From: an uncultured Gammaproteobacteria bacterium
Lineage (GTDB): Bacteria; Patescibacteriota; Patescibacteriia; UBA1558; GWA2-36-10
Reading direction: 5' to 3'
Assembly: GCA_964638415.1 (NCBI GenBank)
Contig: CAZWYP010000001.1
Location: 148,650 to 212,649 of the forward strand
Length of the DNA stretch: 64,000 bases
Positions within the stretch are counted from its first letter, which is position 1; every line of letters starts with the position of its first letter. The notes below the pieces were generated by a model. That model was not told the DNA's origin, made no database searches, and was given only the letters and a program-made list of their open reading frames with translations. Shown piece by piece: positions 16,980-27,112 of the stretch. A program made the position numbers and the translations under genes.

Positions 16980-17816
16980 TTATAATATATTTTTTGCCAA
17001 TTGCACAGTGTTATAAAGCAGCATAGCTACGGTCATGGGACCGACGCCGCCCGGCACTGGGGTAATATGGGAAGCTTTGGGAAAGATAGCTGAATAGTCA
17101 GCGTCGCCAACCAAATACTTATTGTCAATTTTATTGGTGCCGACATCAATTAGAATAACCCCTTCTTTAACCATGTCTTCTTTAATGAAGAAAGCTTGGC
17201 CTACTGCGGTAATTAAAATATCTGCAGTCAGAGTTTTTTCTTTTATATTTTTTTGAGCAGGTTTAATGATTTCAGTTTTTATTTTTTTATCTTGCAGCAG
17301 CTTAGCTAGCGGTTCGTAAAATACTTCACTTTTAGCAATAATAACTGCTTGCTTGTTAGCTAAGTTCTCGCCAGTAGCTTCCAGCAATTTAATAATGCCT
17401 AAAGGCAAGCCGGGAATAAAGCTGCTTTGATTATTGAGTAATTTTTTAATGTTAGCCGGATGAAAACCGTCAACATCCTTATTTGGATCAATGGCCGAGA
17501 TTACTTTGTCCGTATCCAAATGCTTAGGCAGGGGAAGCTGAACTAGAATAGCGTCTATTTCTGGATCGTTATTTAAAAATTCTATAGTCTCTAAAACATC
17601 TTTGTTTTGGCAATTCTCAGCAATTAAATATTCATGGAAAGCAATGCCGATTTTTTCACAGGCCTTCTTTTTTAAGCCGACATAGGTCTGGGAAGCCGGA
17701 TCAGTACCGACTAAAATAACGGCTAAATTGGGAGTTAGCTTTTGTCTATATATTTCCTGTTGTAGTTCTATTTGGATTTGTTCGGCTAAAGCTTTGCCGT
17801 CAATTATTTCCGCCAT
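16980..17816 (-). CDS. folD: Methylenetetrahydrofolate dehydrogenase/cyclohydrolase FolD
   Basis: IIDGKALA, ILVQLPLP, KDVDGFHP, ITPVPGGVGPMTVAML. Confidence 0.97.
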   Translation of the reverse strand: MAEIIDGKALAEQIQIELQQEIYRQKLTPNLAVILVGTDPASQTYVGLKKKACEKIGIAFHEYLIAENCQNKDVLETIEFLNNDPEIDAILVQLPLPKHLDTDKVISAIDPNKDVDGFHPANIKKLLNNQSSFIPGLPLGIIKLLEATGENLANKQAVIIAKSEVFYEPLAKLLQDKKIKTEIIKPAQKNIKEKTLTADILITAVGQAFFIKEDMVKEGVILIDVGTNKIDNKYLVGDADYSAIFPKASHITPVPGGVGPMTVAMLLYNTVQLAKNIL

Positions 17817-17820
17817 AGTT

Positions 17821-19080
17821 TTATAATTCTGGATAAAGGGGGAATCGCTGCATTAAGTCTATAATCTTTTTCTTGCTATCTGCTGTTGCTTGCTTGTTTT
17901 TTAGGGTAGCAATAATTACTTCAGCAATAATTTCCATGTCCACTTCTTTTAGTCCGCGGGTAGTTAAAGCAGGTGTGCCTAGGCGGATGCCGGATGGATC
18001 CATTGGTTTGCGCTGGTCAAAAGGTATCATGTTTTTATTGGTATAAACATAAACTTCATCCAGTAATTTTTCCGCCTCTTTGCCGGATAATCCTAAAGGA
18101 GTGACGTCTAGCAGCAGCAGATGATTGTCAGTTCCTTGGCTAATAATCCTAATGCCTGCTGCTTTGAATTTATTTTCCAAAACTTTAGCATTAGCTAAAA
18201 CTTGTTTTTGGTAATCAACAAATTCAGGCTGTAAAGCTTCCTGGAAAGCAATAGCTTTAGCGGCGATAATATGCTCTAATGGTCCGCCTTGCATGCCGGG
18301 AAAAACCGCAGAATCTATTTTCTGGGCTAAGGTTTTTTCTCCGGGATTAATGCGATCTTCAATTTTGGAAAGGATCATCGCTCCCCGCGGTCCACGTAGA
18401 GTTTTGTGAGTGGTGGTTGTTACCACGTCAGCATAGGGAAGAGGATCCGGGTGTAATTTGGCGGCAACTAGGCCGGCAATATGCGCCATGTCTACCATTA
18501 GGTAAGCGCCGACTTCATCAGCGATTTTTTTGAAAGCGGCAAAGTCTATGGCGCGGGAATAAGCGGAAGCACCGGCTAAGATTATTTTCGGCTTATGCAT
18601 CATGGCCTGGTTGCGCACTTCATCAAGGTCAATCATCTCAGTTTTTTGGTCAACACCATAGCTGACAAAATGGTAGAATTTGCCGGAGAAATTGACTGGA
18701 TGGCCGTGAGTCAAATGCCCGCCATGAGCTAGAGAAAAACCCAAAATAGTATCTCCCAAATTACAGAGAGCAAAATATGCTTCCATATTAGCTTGAGAGC
18801 CGGCATGAGGCTGGACATTGGCGTGTTCAGCGCCGAATAATTTTTTGGCCCGTTCTATAGCTAAGCTTTCTACCTGGTCAATAAACTCATTACCGCCATA
18901 GTATCTTTTGTTAGGATAGCCTTCAGCATATTTATTGGTTAAGACTGAGCCGGCGGCGGCTAAGACTGCCGGAGAGACAAAGTTTTCCGAAGCAATCATT
19001 TCCGCGCCTTGACGCTGGCGCTCTAATTCCTGACGGATAATTGCATTAATTTGCGGATCTGTTTTTTCTAATATTTTCAT
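17821..19080 (-). CDS. glyA: Serine hydroxymethyltransferase
   Basis: [34 protein letters not shown]. Confidence 0.98.
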   Translation of the reverse strand: MKILEKTDPQINAIIRQELERQRQGAEMIASENFVSPAVLAAAGSVLTNKYAEGYPNKRYYGGNEFIDQVESLAIERAKKLFGAEHANVQPHAGSQANMEAYFALCNLGDTILGFSLAHGGHLTHGHPVNFSGKFYHFVSYGVDQKTEMIDLDEVRNQAMMHKPKIILAGASAYSRAIDFAAFKKIADEVGAYLMVDMAHIAGLVAAKLHPDPLPYADVVTTTTHKTLRGPRGAMILSKIEDRINPGEKTLAQKIDSAVFPGMQGGPLEHIIAAKAIAFQEALQPEFVDYQKQVLANAKVLENKFKAAGIRIISQGTDNHLLLLDVTPLGLSGKEAEKLLDEVYVYTNKNMIPFDQRKPMDPSGIRLGTPALTTRGLKEVDMEIIAEVIIATLKNKQATADSKKKIIDLMQRFPLYPEL

Positions 19081-19084
19081 TGGT

Positions 19085-20698
19085 TTATAATTCTTTATTC
19101 ATATAAGTTCCTTCCAGAGAATAGCCTAAGTTTTTGTAATATTCCCTGACGCCGATGCCGGAAATAACTGCTACCTTATTTAATCCTTTGGCTTTGGTTA
19201 TTTTTTCCGCTTCGGCCATTAGCTTGCGGCCAAAACCCATGTGCTGGGTTTGGTTAGCGCTTACTTCTTCATCACTGCTTTCGCCTTTGACTGGTATCAT
19301 TTTACCATAGACATGCAGTTCGCGCACTAAAGAAGCGCCAACTAATTCCGGCAGGATATTATTATTAGGATCGGCATTGAATCTTAATCTTAAGAAGGCA
19401 TAAATTTTTGTCCGATCTTTGCTTTCAAAGCTTAAGAAATATTCTTCTCCTCCGGAAGCCGGATAAGTTCTGGTTACTAATTCCACTTGGCTAGGATCAA
19501 CACTTTCACCTTTAACTTCCCGACAGCGGATGCATTGGCAGGCTAAATTTCTCCTCTTCATTTCTTCCTGCAGAAATTGCCTCAAGTTAGTTATCTTATT
19601 GCCGGCAATAATTGACTCTTCCGGAATATCGCGGATTAGGCGGTTGATGCGCATGTAGGGTGGTACGATTTTTTTAATTTCCAAAAGCAGTTCCATTAAT
19701 TCTTTTGGCTGATAGGGTTTGTATTGTCCGGACAAGAACCACTGATGAAGTTCAGCGTATTCATTGACGACACAAGGATAGATTTTTAATTGATCAGGCT
19801 GCAGATCCGGAGAAGTAAAGACATATTTAAACATGCTCAGGTCTTTGGCGGGAGTAGAGCCTGGCAAGTCCGGCATATAGTGATGGTCAACTTTAAAGCC
19901 GGCCTCTTTTAATTTTCTGGTAGCCCGGATGGAATCTTCAATGTGCTCGCCGCGCTTGATGTAATCCAAGATTTGGTTATCTGTATGCTGGACTCCCAAT
20001 TGGACGCGGGTGCAGCCTAATTCCCGCAAGCGTTTGATTTCAAAATCGCTGACAAAGTCCGGTCGGGTTTCTAAGGTTAAGCCGATAATCCGGTAGCGGG
20101 TAGTCTCATTAATATCCTGTTCTTCTTTTAAGCTTAATTTTTCCCGCAGTTCTTTTTCCCCGTAAGTATTGGCGGCGTAAAATAAATCACGGATAAATTC
20201 TCGTTGGTATTTGTCAGGATAAACAGACCAGGTGCCTCCCAAAACCAGTATTTCTATCTTATCTACTGCATGGCCGTTGTTTTCCAGCGCCATGATACGC
20301 ATTCTTACCTGACGTTCAGGATCGAATAAATTGCGTTTAGCACGTTGAGCTGCTGGCTCATTGGATAAATAGCTTTTAGGCATGTCCGGTTCAGTCGGAC
20401 AGTACACGCATTTGCCCGGACAGACAAAGGGCTTGGTTAAGACAGTAATAACAGAAACGCCGGATAAAGTCCGCACTGCTCTTTTAGTTAAGAGCCGCAG
20501 AAATTTTTTATCTTCCGGCAATTTACCCTCTTTAACCAATTGACTGTAGATGGAAATAAGAGTAGCCTTAGAATCAGGAGCAAGCTGGCGGCGGCTGAAA
20601 GTTTTGCGCAAAGCCGTGACAAAATCAGCATCGGTAGGATATTCCTGCGCTGCCAGTTCGCTAACTATTTCTCTTAATTGTTTTTCCTGTTTTAACAT
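19085..20698 (-). CDS. elp3: Elp3-family tRNA U34 carboxymethyltransferase (radical SAM + GNAT)
   Basis: [54 protein letters not shown]. Confidence 0.92.
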   Translation of the reverse strand: MLKQEKQLREIVSELAAQEYPTDADFVTALRKTFSRRQLAPDSKATLISIYSQLVKEGKLPEDKKFLRLLTKRAVRTLSGVSVITVLTKPFVCPGKCVYCPTEPDMPKSYLSNEPAAQRAKRNLFDPERQVRMRIMALENNGHAVDKIEILVLGGTWSVYPDKYQREFIRDLFYAANTYGEKELREKLSLKEEQDINETTRYRIIGLTLETRPDFVSDFEIKRLRELGCTRVQLGVQHTDNQILDYIKRGEHIEDSIRATRKLKEAGFKVDHHYMPDLPGSTPAKDLSMFKYVFTSPDLQPDQLKIYPCVVNEYAELHQWFLSGQYKPYQPKELMELLLEIKKIVPPYMRINRLIRDIPEESIIAGNKITNLRQFLQEEMKRRNLACQCIRCREVKGESVDPSQVELVTRTYPASGGEEYFLSFESKDRTKIYAFLRLRFNADPNNNILPELVGASLVRELHVYGKMIPVKGESSDEEVSANQTQHMGFGRKLMAEAEKITKAKGLNKVAVISGIGVREYYKNLGYSLEGTYMNKEL

Positions 20699-21347
20699 GG
20701 ATAAAATTTCTGAAAACTTGCAGCAATCTTATGATAATATTGCTGATGAATTTTCTTTAAGCCGGGCCTATCCCTGGCCAGAATTACAAGTGTTTATACC
20801 ATATTTGACTGATGATAGCAAGATTCTGGACCTAGGCTGCGGCAATGGAAGATTGATTAAAGTTTTGGAGAACAGCAATAAGAAATTCTCTTATATCGGG
20901 GTGGATTTTTCCGCCAATTTAATTATGCAGGCCAAGCAGATTTTTCCCGAGTATGAATTCCAAGTTAAAGATATGCGGGAAGCAGAGTTTCCGGACAACA
21001 GCTTTGACTTAATAGCTATTGTGGCTGCTTTCCATCATCTACCTACCGCCCGGCACCGGGAAGAAGTTATGGCTAATGTTTATCGCTGGCTAAAACCAAG
21101 CGGACTATTATTTATGACTAACTGGAATTTATTTCAAAAAAGATATTTTCCCCATATCTATAACAAGCTGTTAAGCAAGCGGGCTTGGAATGACTTCTTT
21201 ATTCCCTGGAATCATGGCAATTTCCGCTATTACCACAGCTTTACCCAAAAAGAGCTGGAGAAGCTGTTAAAAAAAACCGGCTTTGTGCTGGAGCCCAAAG
21301 GAGTATACAAAACAGAATACAATTTAAATTGTTTAGTGAGAAAATAA
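20697..21347 (+). CDS. Class I SAM methyltransferase, Trm9/ALKBH8-like
   Basis: YDNIADEFSLSRAYPWPE, LDLGCGNGR, AAFHHLPT..R, DFFIPW, RYYHSF..EL; ATG 20697. Confidence 0.75.
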   Translation: MDKISENLQQSYDNIADEFSLSRAYPWPELQVFIPYLTDDSKILDLGCGNGRLIKVLENSNKKFSYIGVDFSANLIMQAKQIFPEYEFQVKDMREAEFPDNSFDLIAIVAAFHHLPTARHREEVMANVYRWLKPSGLLFMTNWNLFQKRYFPHIYNKLLSKRAWNDFFIPWNHGNFRYYHSFTQKELEKLLKKTGFVLEPKGVYKTEYNLNCLVRK

Positions 21348-21371
21348 CCCTGAATACTTCAGGGTTATTTA
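21342..21371. terminator. Bidirectional terminator
   Basis: AAATAACCCTGAA-tac-TTCAGGGTTATTT. Confidence 0.85.
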
Positions 21372-21449
21372 TTTATCTTTAGCTGCTGCCACGATGCCGA
21401 TAATAATGACAGCTAAGATAATTATTCCAACAAAGATTATCATTGTCAT
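21369..21449 (-). CDS. Candidate 26-aa single-pass membrane peptide MTMIIFVGIIILAVIIIGIVAAAKDK
   Basis: Starts 1 nt after the stop of the upstream gene, ends at the terminator; one hydrophobic helix with charged tail. Confidence 0.5.
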   Translation of the reverse strand: MTMIIFVGIIILAVIIIGIVAAAKDK

Positions 21450-21450
21450 T

Positions 21451-21831
21451 TTATTTTCCCATTATGAGTATTAAAAAAACAAAAATAAAGACGGCTATAA
21501 TAGTGCCAAAAAGCATAAGGGAGATTAATTTTATTTTGTCCGGAGTCAATGGCTGCTGTTTAGAGAACTCCACTGCCATTTTCTTTTTCTTAATGGCCAT
21601 TAAGGGTATGAAAATAGCAATCCAGACAGGGAAGAGTATGGTGGCGATATTATTACTTTGGCCGCTTTTATCATTTGTTTGGAAAAATCCCGGGTTATTT
21701 TTTATCAGCCACCAGGCGAAAATGCCAATAATTAATAAGCCCAAAGCTACTACTAGCAGAGCATTCCTTTTCTTATTCTCAGCGTCTGGATTTACTGGGC
21801 TGCCTACTGGTTTTGGTAGATTAGAAAGCAT
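21451..21831 (-). CDS. Hypothetical 3-TM membrane protein
   Basis: Three hydrophobic segments. Confidence 0.65.
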   Translation of the reverse strand: MLSNLPKPVGSPVNPDAENKKRNALLVVALGLLIIGIFAWWLIKNNPGFFQTNDKSGQSNNIATILFPVWIAIFIPLMAIKKKKMAVEFSKQQPLTPDKIKLISLMLFGTIIAVFIFVFLILIMGK

Positions 21832-21957
21832 TTTTTATAGATTATGATTATAGTATAATTTTACCGCTAAAGTGGTTAAAAGTAAATGTTTATTAGGCTG
21901 TATTTTTTTGCTTAAATATGGTAAAATGCAAGCGAATTAACAATTAACTCTAGATAT

Positions 21958-23088
21958 ATGAAAAAGAAAATATTCTTGGCAATTATGGCTTTGGCTGTTC
22001 TTTTGCCGCTGCCGATTTTGGCCGGGGAAATGATTGCTAAAGACGCGGTTATTTTTGCCAAAGACAAGGTGGTTAATGGCAACTATTATGCTGCGGGAAA
22101 AACCATTGAGATTTATGGCGAGGTCAACGGCGATTTATTTTTAGCCGGAGAGAAAATAATTATTGATTCTGACAAAGTCAATGGTGATGTCTTTATTGCC
22201 GGACGCAACATTACCGTTAAGCAGCAGGTTAATGGTTCAGTTAGAGTAGCAGGAGAAAATTTGGAATTAAGCGGACAAGTTCGAGATAATGTATTATTTT
22301 TTGGCAGTAACTTAATTGCTTTGCCGGAAAGTAGAGTAGGCGGTCATTTAAGCGTTTGGGGAGCGCAGGCGACAATTAGCGGAGAAGTTGGTAGTCAAGT
22401 AGAAGGAGGATTGGGATTATTGGTGATCAATGGAAAAGTAGGTGGTGATGTCAATGTTCATTTATCTGGCATGGATAAGAATAAAAGCAGCTTGCAGGTG
22501 ACGGAATCGGCAGTGATTGGTGGTAGTTTGAATTATACCGCTTTAGCTGCTGGTGAAATTTCCGAACAGGCGCAGATTGCCGGCGGTGCCCATTTTTCTG
22601 AATTAACTAAGCCGGTTAAAGAGAAGTATCATACTAATGAAGTTTGGGAATTAGTTGTTAAATTCTTCATGATGTTGGTAGTCGGCATGATCTTGGTTTA
22701 TCTCTGGCCTAAGCTGATGTCTAAAACCTATACCGATACCATGGCTAAGCCGATAAAGACAATTCTATGGGGCTTGGTTTTCTTAATCCTCACTCCTTTA
22801 GCTTGCGTCCTATTAATGATTACTTTCATTGGCTTGCCGGTAGCCTTTATGGTATTAGCCTTATGGCTTATTTATCTTTATGTTGCTCAAATCATTGCCG
22901 CTTGGCTTGCCGGTAATTGGCTGAAAGAAAAAATGTTGAAGGATAAGAATTGGTCAGCAGTCAGCATTATGGCTTTGGGTATTGCTGTTTATATTATTAT
23001 CGGACAGATTCCAGTTGTTGGCTGGCTAATAATCATGTTGCTTTACTTGGCGGCTTGGGGAAATATCCGTTACTTATTCAATAAATAA
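21958..23088 (+). CDS. Beta-helix (polymer-forming/bactofilin-like) membrane protein
   Basis: Signal peptide, repeated VNGD/VxAG units, C-terminal multi-TM region. Confidence 0.8.
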   Translation: MKKKIFLAIMALAVLLPLPILAGEMIAKDAVIFAKDKVVNGNYYAAGKTIEIYGEVNGDLFLAGEKIIIDSDKVNGDVFIAGRNITVKQQVNGSVRVAGENLELSGQVRDNVLFFGSNLIALPESRVGGHLSVWGAQATISGEVGSQVEGGLGLLVINGKVGGDVNVHLSGMDKNKSSLQVTESAVIGGSLNYTALAAGEISEQAQIAGGAHFSELTKPVKEKYHTNEVWELVVKFFMMLVVGMILVYLWPKLMSKTYTDTMAKPIKTILWGLVFLILTPLACVLLMITFIGLPVAFMVLALWLIYLYVAQIIAAWLAGNWLKEKMLKDKNWSAVSIMALGIAVYIIIGQIPVVGWLIIMLLYLAAWGNIRYLFNK

Positions 23089-23090
23089 GC

Positions 23091-24467
23091 ATGAAAGACA
23101 GTATCTTCAAATCATACGATATCCGTGGTGTATATAATGAGGAGTTTAATGCTGAGGATGTTAAATTAATCGCTCGCGCTTATTTGCAGGAGTTGGTGAA
23201 ATTAACTCACCGTCGTTTGCCGGAAATGAACATACTGGTTGCTCGAGATATGCGCCAGTCTTCCGGGGAAATATCAGAAACTTTTATCCGGGAAGTTATT
23301 CGTTACGGCGTGACAGTGGCAGATATTGGCTTGGCGCCGATTGAAGTGCTGTATTATATTTTAGGCAAACACGGTTATCACGGAGGCGTGATGATCACCG
23401 CTTCCCATAATCCGCCGCAATATGGAGGCTTGAAAATGCTAGCAGAGAATGTTCAGGCTATCGCTGGCTTGCAGCTTAAAGAGACGGTTAAGAACCTAGC
23501 TAAATTAGATTTGTATGAAGGCAAGGTAGAGAAGCTGGATGTCTGGGAAGAGTACATTACCAATGTTTTGGGATATATTAATCTTGGAAATATTAAACCC
23601 TTAAAAGTGGTAATTGATGCCGGTAATGGCATGGCGGGTTTGGTAATAGAAAAGCTTTTTAAACATTTGCCACAGCTGGAATTAATCCCCTTGTTTTTTG
23701 AACCGAATGGAAATTTCCCCAATCACGCCCCTAATCCTTTAGCTAAAGGTGCGGCAGATAAGCTATTAGCTAAAGTCAAAGAAGTACAAGCTGATTTAGG
23801 AGCGATTTTTGACGCTGATGCTGACCGAGTTTTTTTGGTAGATGAGACTGGTAAGTTTGTTCAGGGTGATCAAACTTTGATGTTATTGGCGGAAAAAGTT
23901 TTAAGAGATAATCCCGGTGCTGGCGTTGTATATAATGTTATCTGCTCTCAAGCGGTGCCGGAAAAAATTGAAGCGTTGGGTGGCATAGCTTTACGCAGCC
24001 AAGTGGGCTGGAAGAATATTAAAGAGAAATTAGAGGGTAATCCCCGGGCTTTATTAGGCGGGGAAGTTTCCGGGCATTTCAGTTTTAAGAAAAATTATTG
24101 TTCCGATGAGGCTTTTGGCGCCTGGCTATTGGCTTTGGAGATTATTTCCACCAAAGACAAGAAGCTGTCCGAATTGGTCGCTGCTAATGCCAAGTATTAC
24201 CGCGGCGATGAAATAAATTTAACAGTGGAAAATATTCCAGCTATTTTGTCAGCGTTTCGTGAAGTTTATAAAAATAATCTGCGGGATGAATTGGATGGCT
24301 TGACCATAGAGTTTTGGCAGGAAGACGGTTCTTTGGATTGGTGGTTTAATATTCGTCCTTCTAATACTGAACCACTATTGCGGATTACTATTGAAACAGT
24401 TAAAGTTGAAGATTTTGCCAAGCGCCAGGAAGAGATAATTAAATTAATTAATCAAGCTAATAAGTAA
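23091..24467 (+). CDS. Phosphomannomutase/phosphoglucomutase
   Basis: FKSYDIRG, ITASHNP, FDADADR, GEVSGH, IRPSNTEP. Confidence 0.93.
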   Translation: MKDSIFKSYDIRGVYNEEFNAEDVKLIARAYLQELVKLTHRRLPEMNILVARDMRQSSGEISETFIREVIRYGVTVADIGLAPIEVLYYILGKHGYHGGVMITASHNPPQYGGLKMLAENVQAIAGLQLKETVKNLAKLDLYEGKVEKLDVWEEYITNVLGYINLGNIKPLKVVIDAGNGMAGLVIEKLFKHLPQLELIPLFFEPNGNFPNHAPNPLAKGAADKLLAKVKEVQADLGAIFDADADRVFLVDETGKFVQGDQTLMLLAEKVLRDNPGAGVVYNVICSQAVPEKIEALGGIALRSQVGWKNIKEKLEGNPRALLGGEVSGHFSFKKNYCSDEAFGAWLLALEIISTKDKKLSELVAANAKYYRGDEINLTVENIPAILSAFREVYKNNLRDELDGLTIEFWQEDGSLDWWFNIRPSNTEPLLRITIETVKVEDFAKRQEEIIKLINQANK

Positions 24468-24471
24468 ATAT

Positions 24472-25215
24472 ATGGGGTACTTTATTCTCATCATTATTTT
24501 GTTCATTTTATTAATTTCCATCCGCCAGGTTAATCAGTTTGAGCGCGGCGTAAAGTTCATGCTGGGTAAATATATTAGGACGGTTAATCCCGGTTGGCGT
24601 TTAGTTATTCCGATTTTTCAATCCATGACTAAGGTGGATATCCGCGTTAAGGCGGTTGATGTGCCGGATCAGAAAGCGATTACCAAGGATAATATTGCCG
24701 TGGGAGTTAATGCGGTAATTTATTACAAAGTTGCTGATGCAGCGAAGGCCGTACTAGAAGTAGAGAATTTCTACTATGCCATGTCGCAGTTGGCGCAGAC
24801 CACTATGCGTAATATTGTGGGACAGGTAGAGCTGGATGAATTATTAAGCCAGCGGGAAAAGATTTCTGAACATATTCGGAGTATTGTTGATCAAGCGTCA
24901 GATGAATGGGGTATTAAAGTAGATAATGTGGAATTAAAAGATGTAGCGCTGCCGGAGAACATGGAGCGCACTATTGCTAAACAAGCGGAAGCGGAACGCG
25001 AGCGCCGCGCCGTAATCATTAAGGCTGAGGGAGAAGTAGTTTCAGCAGATAATATGGCCAAGGCGGCACAAATTTTAGCTGGTTCACCTGGCGCTTTGCA
25101 TTTGCGTACACTACAATCCATTAACGATATTTCTTCAGATCAAAGCAACACCGTAGTCTTTGCCGTGCCTTTGGAAATTTTGCGGGCCATTGAAGGCATG
25201 GTGGGAAAAAAATAA
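24472..25215 (+). CDS. SPFH/band 7 (stomatin-like) protein
   Basis: ITKDN, LAQTTMRNIVG, WGIKVDNVELKDV, QAEAERERRA. Confidence 0.93.
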   Translation: MGYFILIIILFILLISIRQVNQFERGVKFMLGKYIRTVNPGWRLVIPIFQSMTKVDIRVKAVDVPDQKAITKDNIAVGVNAVIYYKVADAAKAVLEVENFYYAMSQLAQTTMRNIVGQVELDELLSQREKISEHIRSIVDQASDEWGIKVDNVELKDVALPENMERTIAKQAEAERERRAVIIKAEGEVVSADNMAKAAQILAGSPGALHLRTLQSINDISSDQSNTVVFAVPLEILRAIEGMVGKK

Positions 25216-25221
25216 TCAGTC

Positions 25222-26022
25222 ATGATTGGTGTTTTTGATTCTGGTTTTGGGGGTTTAACTATTTTTAAAGAAATAAGGAATAAGCTTCCGGATTATGATT
25301 ATATCTATTTGGGAGATAATGCCCGAGCGCCTTACGGCCACCATACTCAGTCGGTAATTTATGAATATACCAGACAGGCTGTAGATTATTTATTTTCCCA
25401 AGGCTGTCATCTAATAATCCTGGCATGCAATACTGCTTCCAGCGAAGCCTTGCGCACCTTGCAGCAGGAGTATCTGCCAAAAAAATATCCAGGGAGAAAT
25501 GTCTTGGGAGTAGTTAGGCCTTTAGCGGAAGCAGCGGCTGCTGTTTTACCCAACAAAGTGGCAGTAATTGGTACAGTCAGCACCATAGAATCCCAAGCAT
25601 ATTTTAGGGAACTTAAGGATTTAAACCAAGAGATTAATCTCAAGCAGCAAGCTTGCCCGCTATTAGTGCCTTTAGTAGAAGAATCGCAAGAACAGACGCC
25701 GGAAGCCAAGAGTATTCTGCATAAATACTTAGAGCCGATTAAAATCTGGCAGCCTCAAGTTTTAATCTTAGGCTGTACGCATTACGGGTTTTTTACTCAA
25801 GAGATTAGCCAATATCTGGGGCCGGATGTTATAATATTAAATAGCGGAGAAATTGTAGCGGAGAAATTAAAAGAGTATCTCAAGCGTCATCCGGAGTTTG
25901 CTATTAAGTCGGTTAAGCCGCAGACAGAATTTCTTACCACTGACGATAATGTAAAATTTGATTCCGCTGCTACTAAATATTTTGGAGAGATTATTAAATC
26001 AAAAACTATTAAGTTGTTGTAA
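25222..26022 (+). CDS. murI: Glutamate racemase
   Basis: IGVFDSGFGGL, ILACNTAS, LILGCTHY. Confidence 0.96.
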   Translation: MIGVFDSGFGGLTIFKEIRNKLPDYDYIYLGDNARAPYGHHTQSVIYEYTRQAVDYLFSQGCHLIILACNTASSEALRTLQQEYLPKKYPGRNVLGVVRPLAEAAAAVLPNKVAVIGTVSTIESQAYFRELKDLNQEINLKQQACPLLVPLVEESQEQTPEAKSILHKYLEPIKIWQPQVLILGCTHYGFFTQEISQYLGPDVIILNSGEIVAEKLKEYLKRHPEFAIKSVKPQTEFLTTDDNVKFDSAATKYFGEIIKSKTIKLL

Positions 26023-26023
26023 T

Positions 26024-27082
26024 ATGGCTAAAACAAAAATATCTAAAAAAATAGAAGTTGCTTTTTTTGAAGTAGAGCCTTGGGAACAGGAGTATATTGA
26101 GAAAAAATTAGCTGGTTTTAAATTGCACTTTTTTCATAAGATTATCAGCAAAAAAGATTTAGAGCATATCAGCGAAATAGCGGTCTTGTCTCCTTTTGTT
26201 TATGACCAGGTGACAGCAGAAACAATTAAAGCTTTACCCAAATTAAAGTTTATTGCTACTCGTTCTACTGGTTTTGACCACATTGATCTTAAGGCTGCTG
26301 CTCAAGCCGGTATTAAGGTGGCTAATGTGCCTTTTTATGGAGAAAATACGGTAGCGGAACATGCCTTTGCCTTGATCTTATCTTTATCTCGCAACATTCA
26401 TAATTCTTATGTGCGTACCAGCCGGGGAGATTTCCGTTTAGACGGACTGCAGGGTTTTGATCTCAAAGGAAAAACTATTGGCATTATTGGCGGCGGACAT
26501 ATTGGCCAGCATGTAGTAAAAATGGCTCAAGGCTTTGAAATGAATGTTTTAGTCTATGATCCTTTTCCTAATAAGCAATTAGCTAAAGATCTGCATTTTA
26601 AGTATGTCAGTCTGAATGATTTACTGAAGAAGTCCGAGGTAATTACTCTCCATGCTCCTTACAACAAAAAGACTCATCATTTATTGAATCGCCAGAATTT
26701 GAAATTGGTAAAACCGGGAGCGATTTTGGTCAATACTGCCCGCGGTGGTTTAATTGACACCACAGCTTTGGTAGAAGCTTTGCGGGCAGGCAGACTAGCC
26801 GGTTTAGGATTGGATGTCTTAGAAGTAGAGAAGTATATCTTTAAGGAAGAGCGGGAATTAGTTTCACCTAAATTTTCTGGGAAAGTTAATCAGGATAAGG
26901 AAATGCTGAAAACCATAGTAGAGCAGCATGTGCTGATTAACTCAGATAAGGTAGTGCTTACTCCGCATAATGCTTTTAACAGTAGAGAGGCGCTGATGAG
27001 GATTTTAGATACAACCATAGATAATATATTGGCTTGGAAAAATAAGAAGGAGATTAAAAATTTAGTAACTTTGAAGAAATAA
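26024..27082 (+). CDS. D-isomer 2-hydroxyacid (D-lactate-like) dehydrogenase
   Basis: RSTGFDHID, VAEHA, GIIGGGHIG, NTARGGL, LDVLE, TPHNAF; ATG 26024. Confidence 0.9.
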   Translation: MAKTKISKKIEVAFFEVEPWEQEYIEKKLAGFKLHFFHKIISKKDLEHISEIAVLSPFVYDQVTAETIKALPKLKFIATRSTGFDHIDLKAAAQAGIKVANVPFYGENTVAEHAFALILSLSRNIHNSYVRTSRGDFRLDGLQGFDLKGKTIGIIGGGHIGQHVVKMAQGFEMNVLVYDPFPNKQLAKDLHFKYVSLNDLLKKSEVITLHAPYNKKTHHLLNRQNLKLVKPGAILVNTARGGLIDTTALVEALRAGRLAGLGLDVLEVEKYIFKEERELVSPKFSGKVNQDKEMLKTIVEQHVLINSDKVVLTPHNAFNSREALMRILDTTIDNILAWKNKKEIKNLVTLKK

Positions 27083-27112
27083 AAAATTCCCCACCTTAAG
27101 TGGGGAATTTTT
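27082..27112. terminator. Bidirectional terminator
   Basis: AAAAATTCCCCAC-cttaa-GTGGGGAATTTTT. Confidence 0.85.

Noticed and set aside
16561-16980. Folate or glycine riboswitch linked to glyA/folD
   Set aside because: The region is downstream of the operon and I could not recognise THF, ZTP or glycine aptamer motifs
20550-20696. Longer N-terminus of the methyltransferase given by the ORF track
   Set aside because: It lies antisense within elp3; Trm9-like similarity starts after ATG 20697
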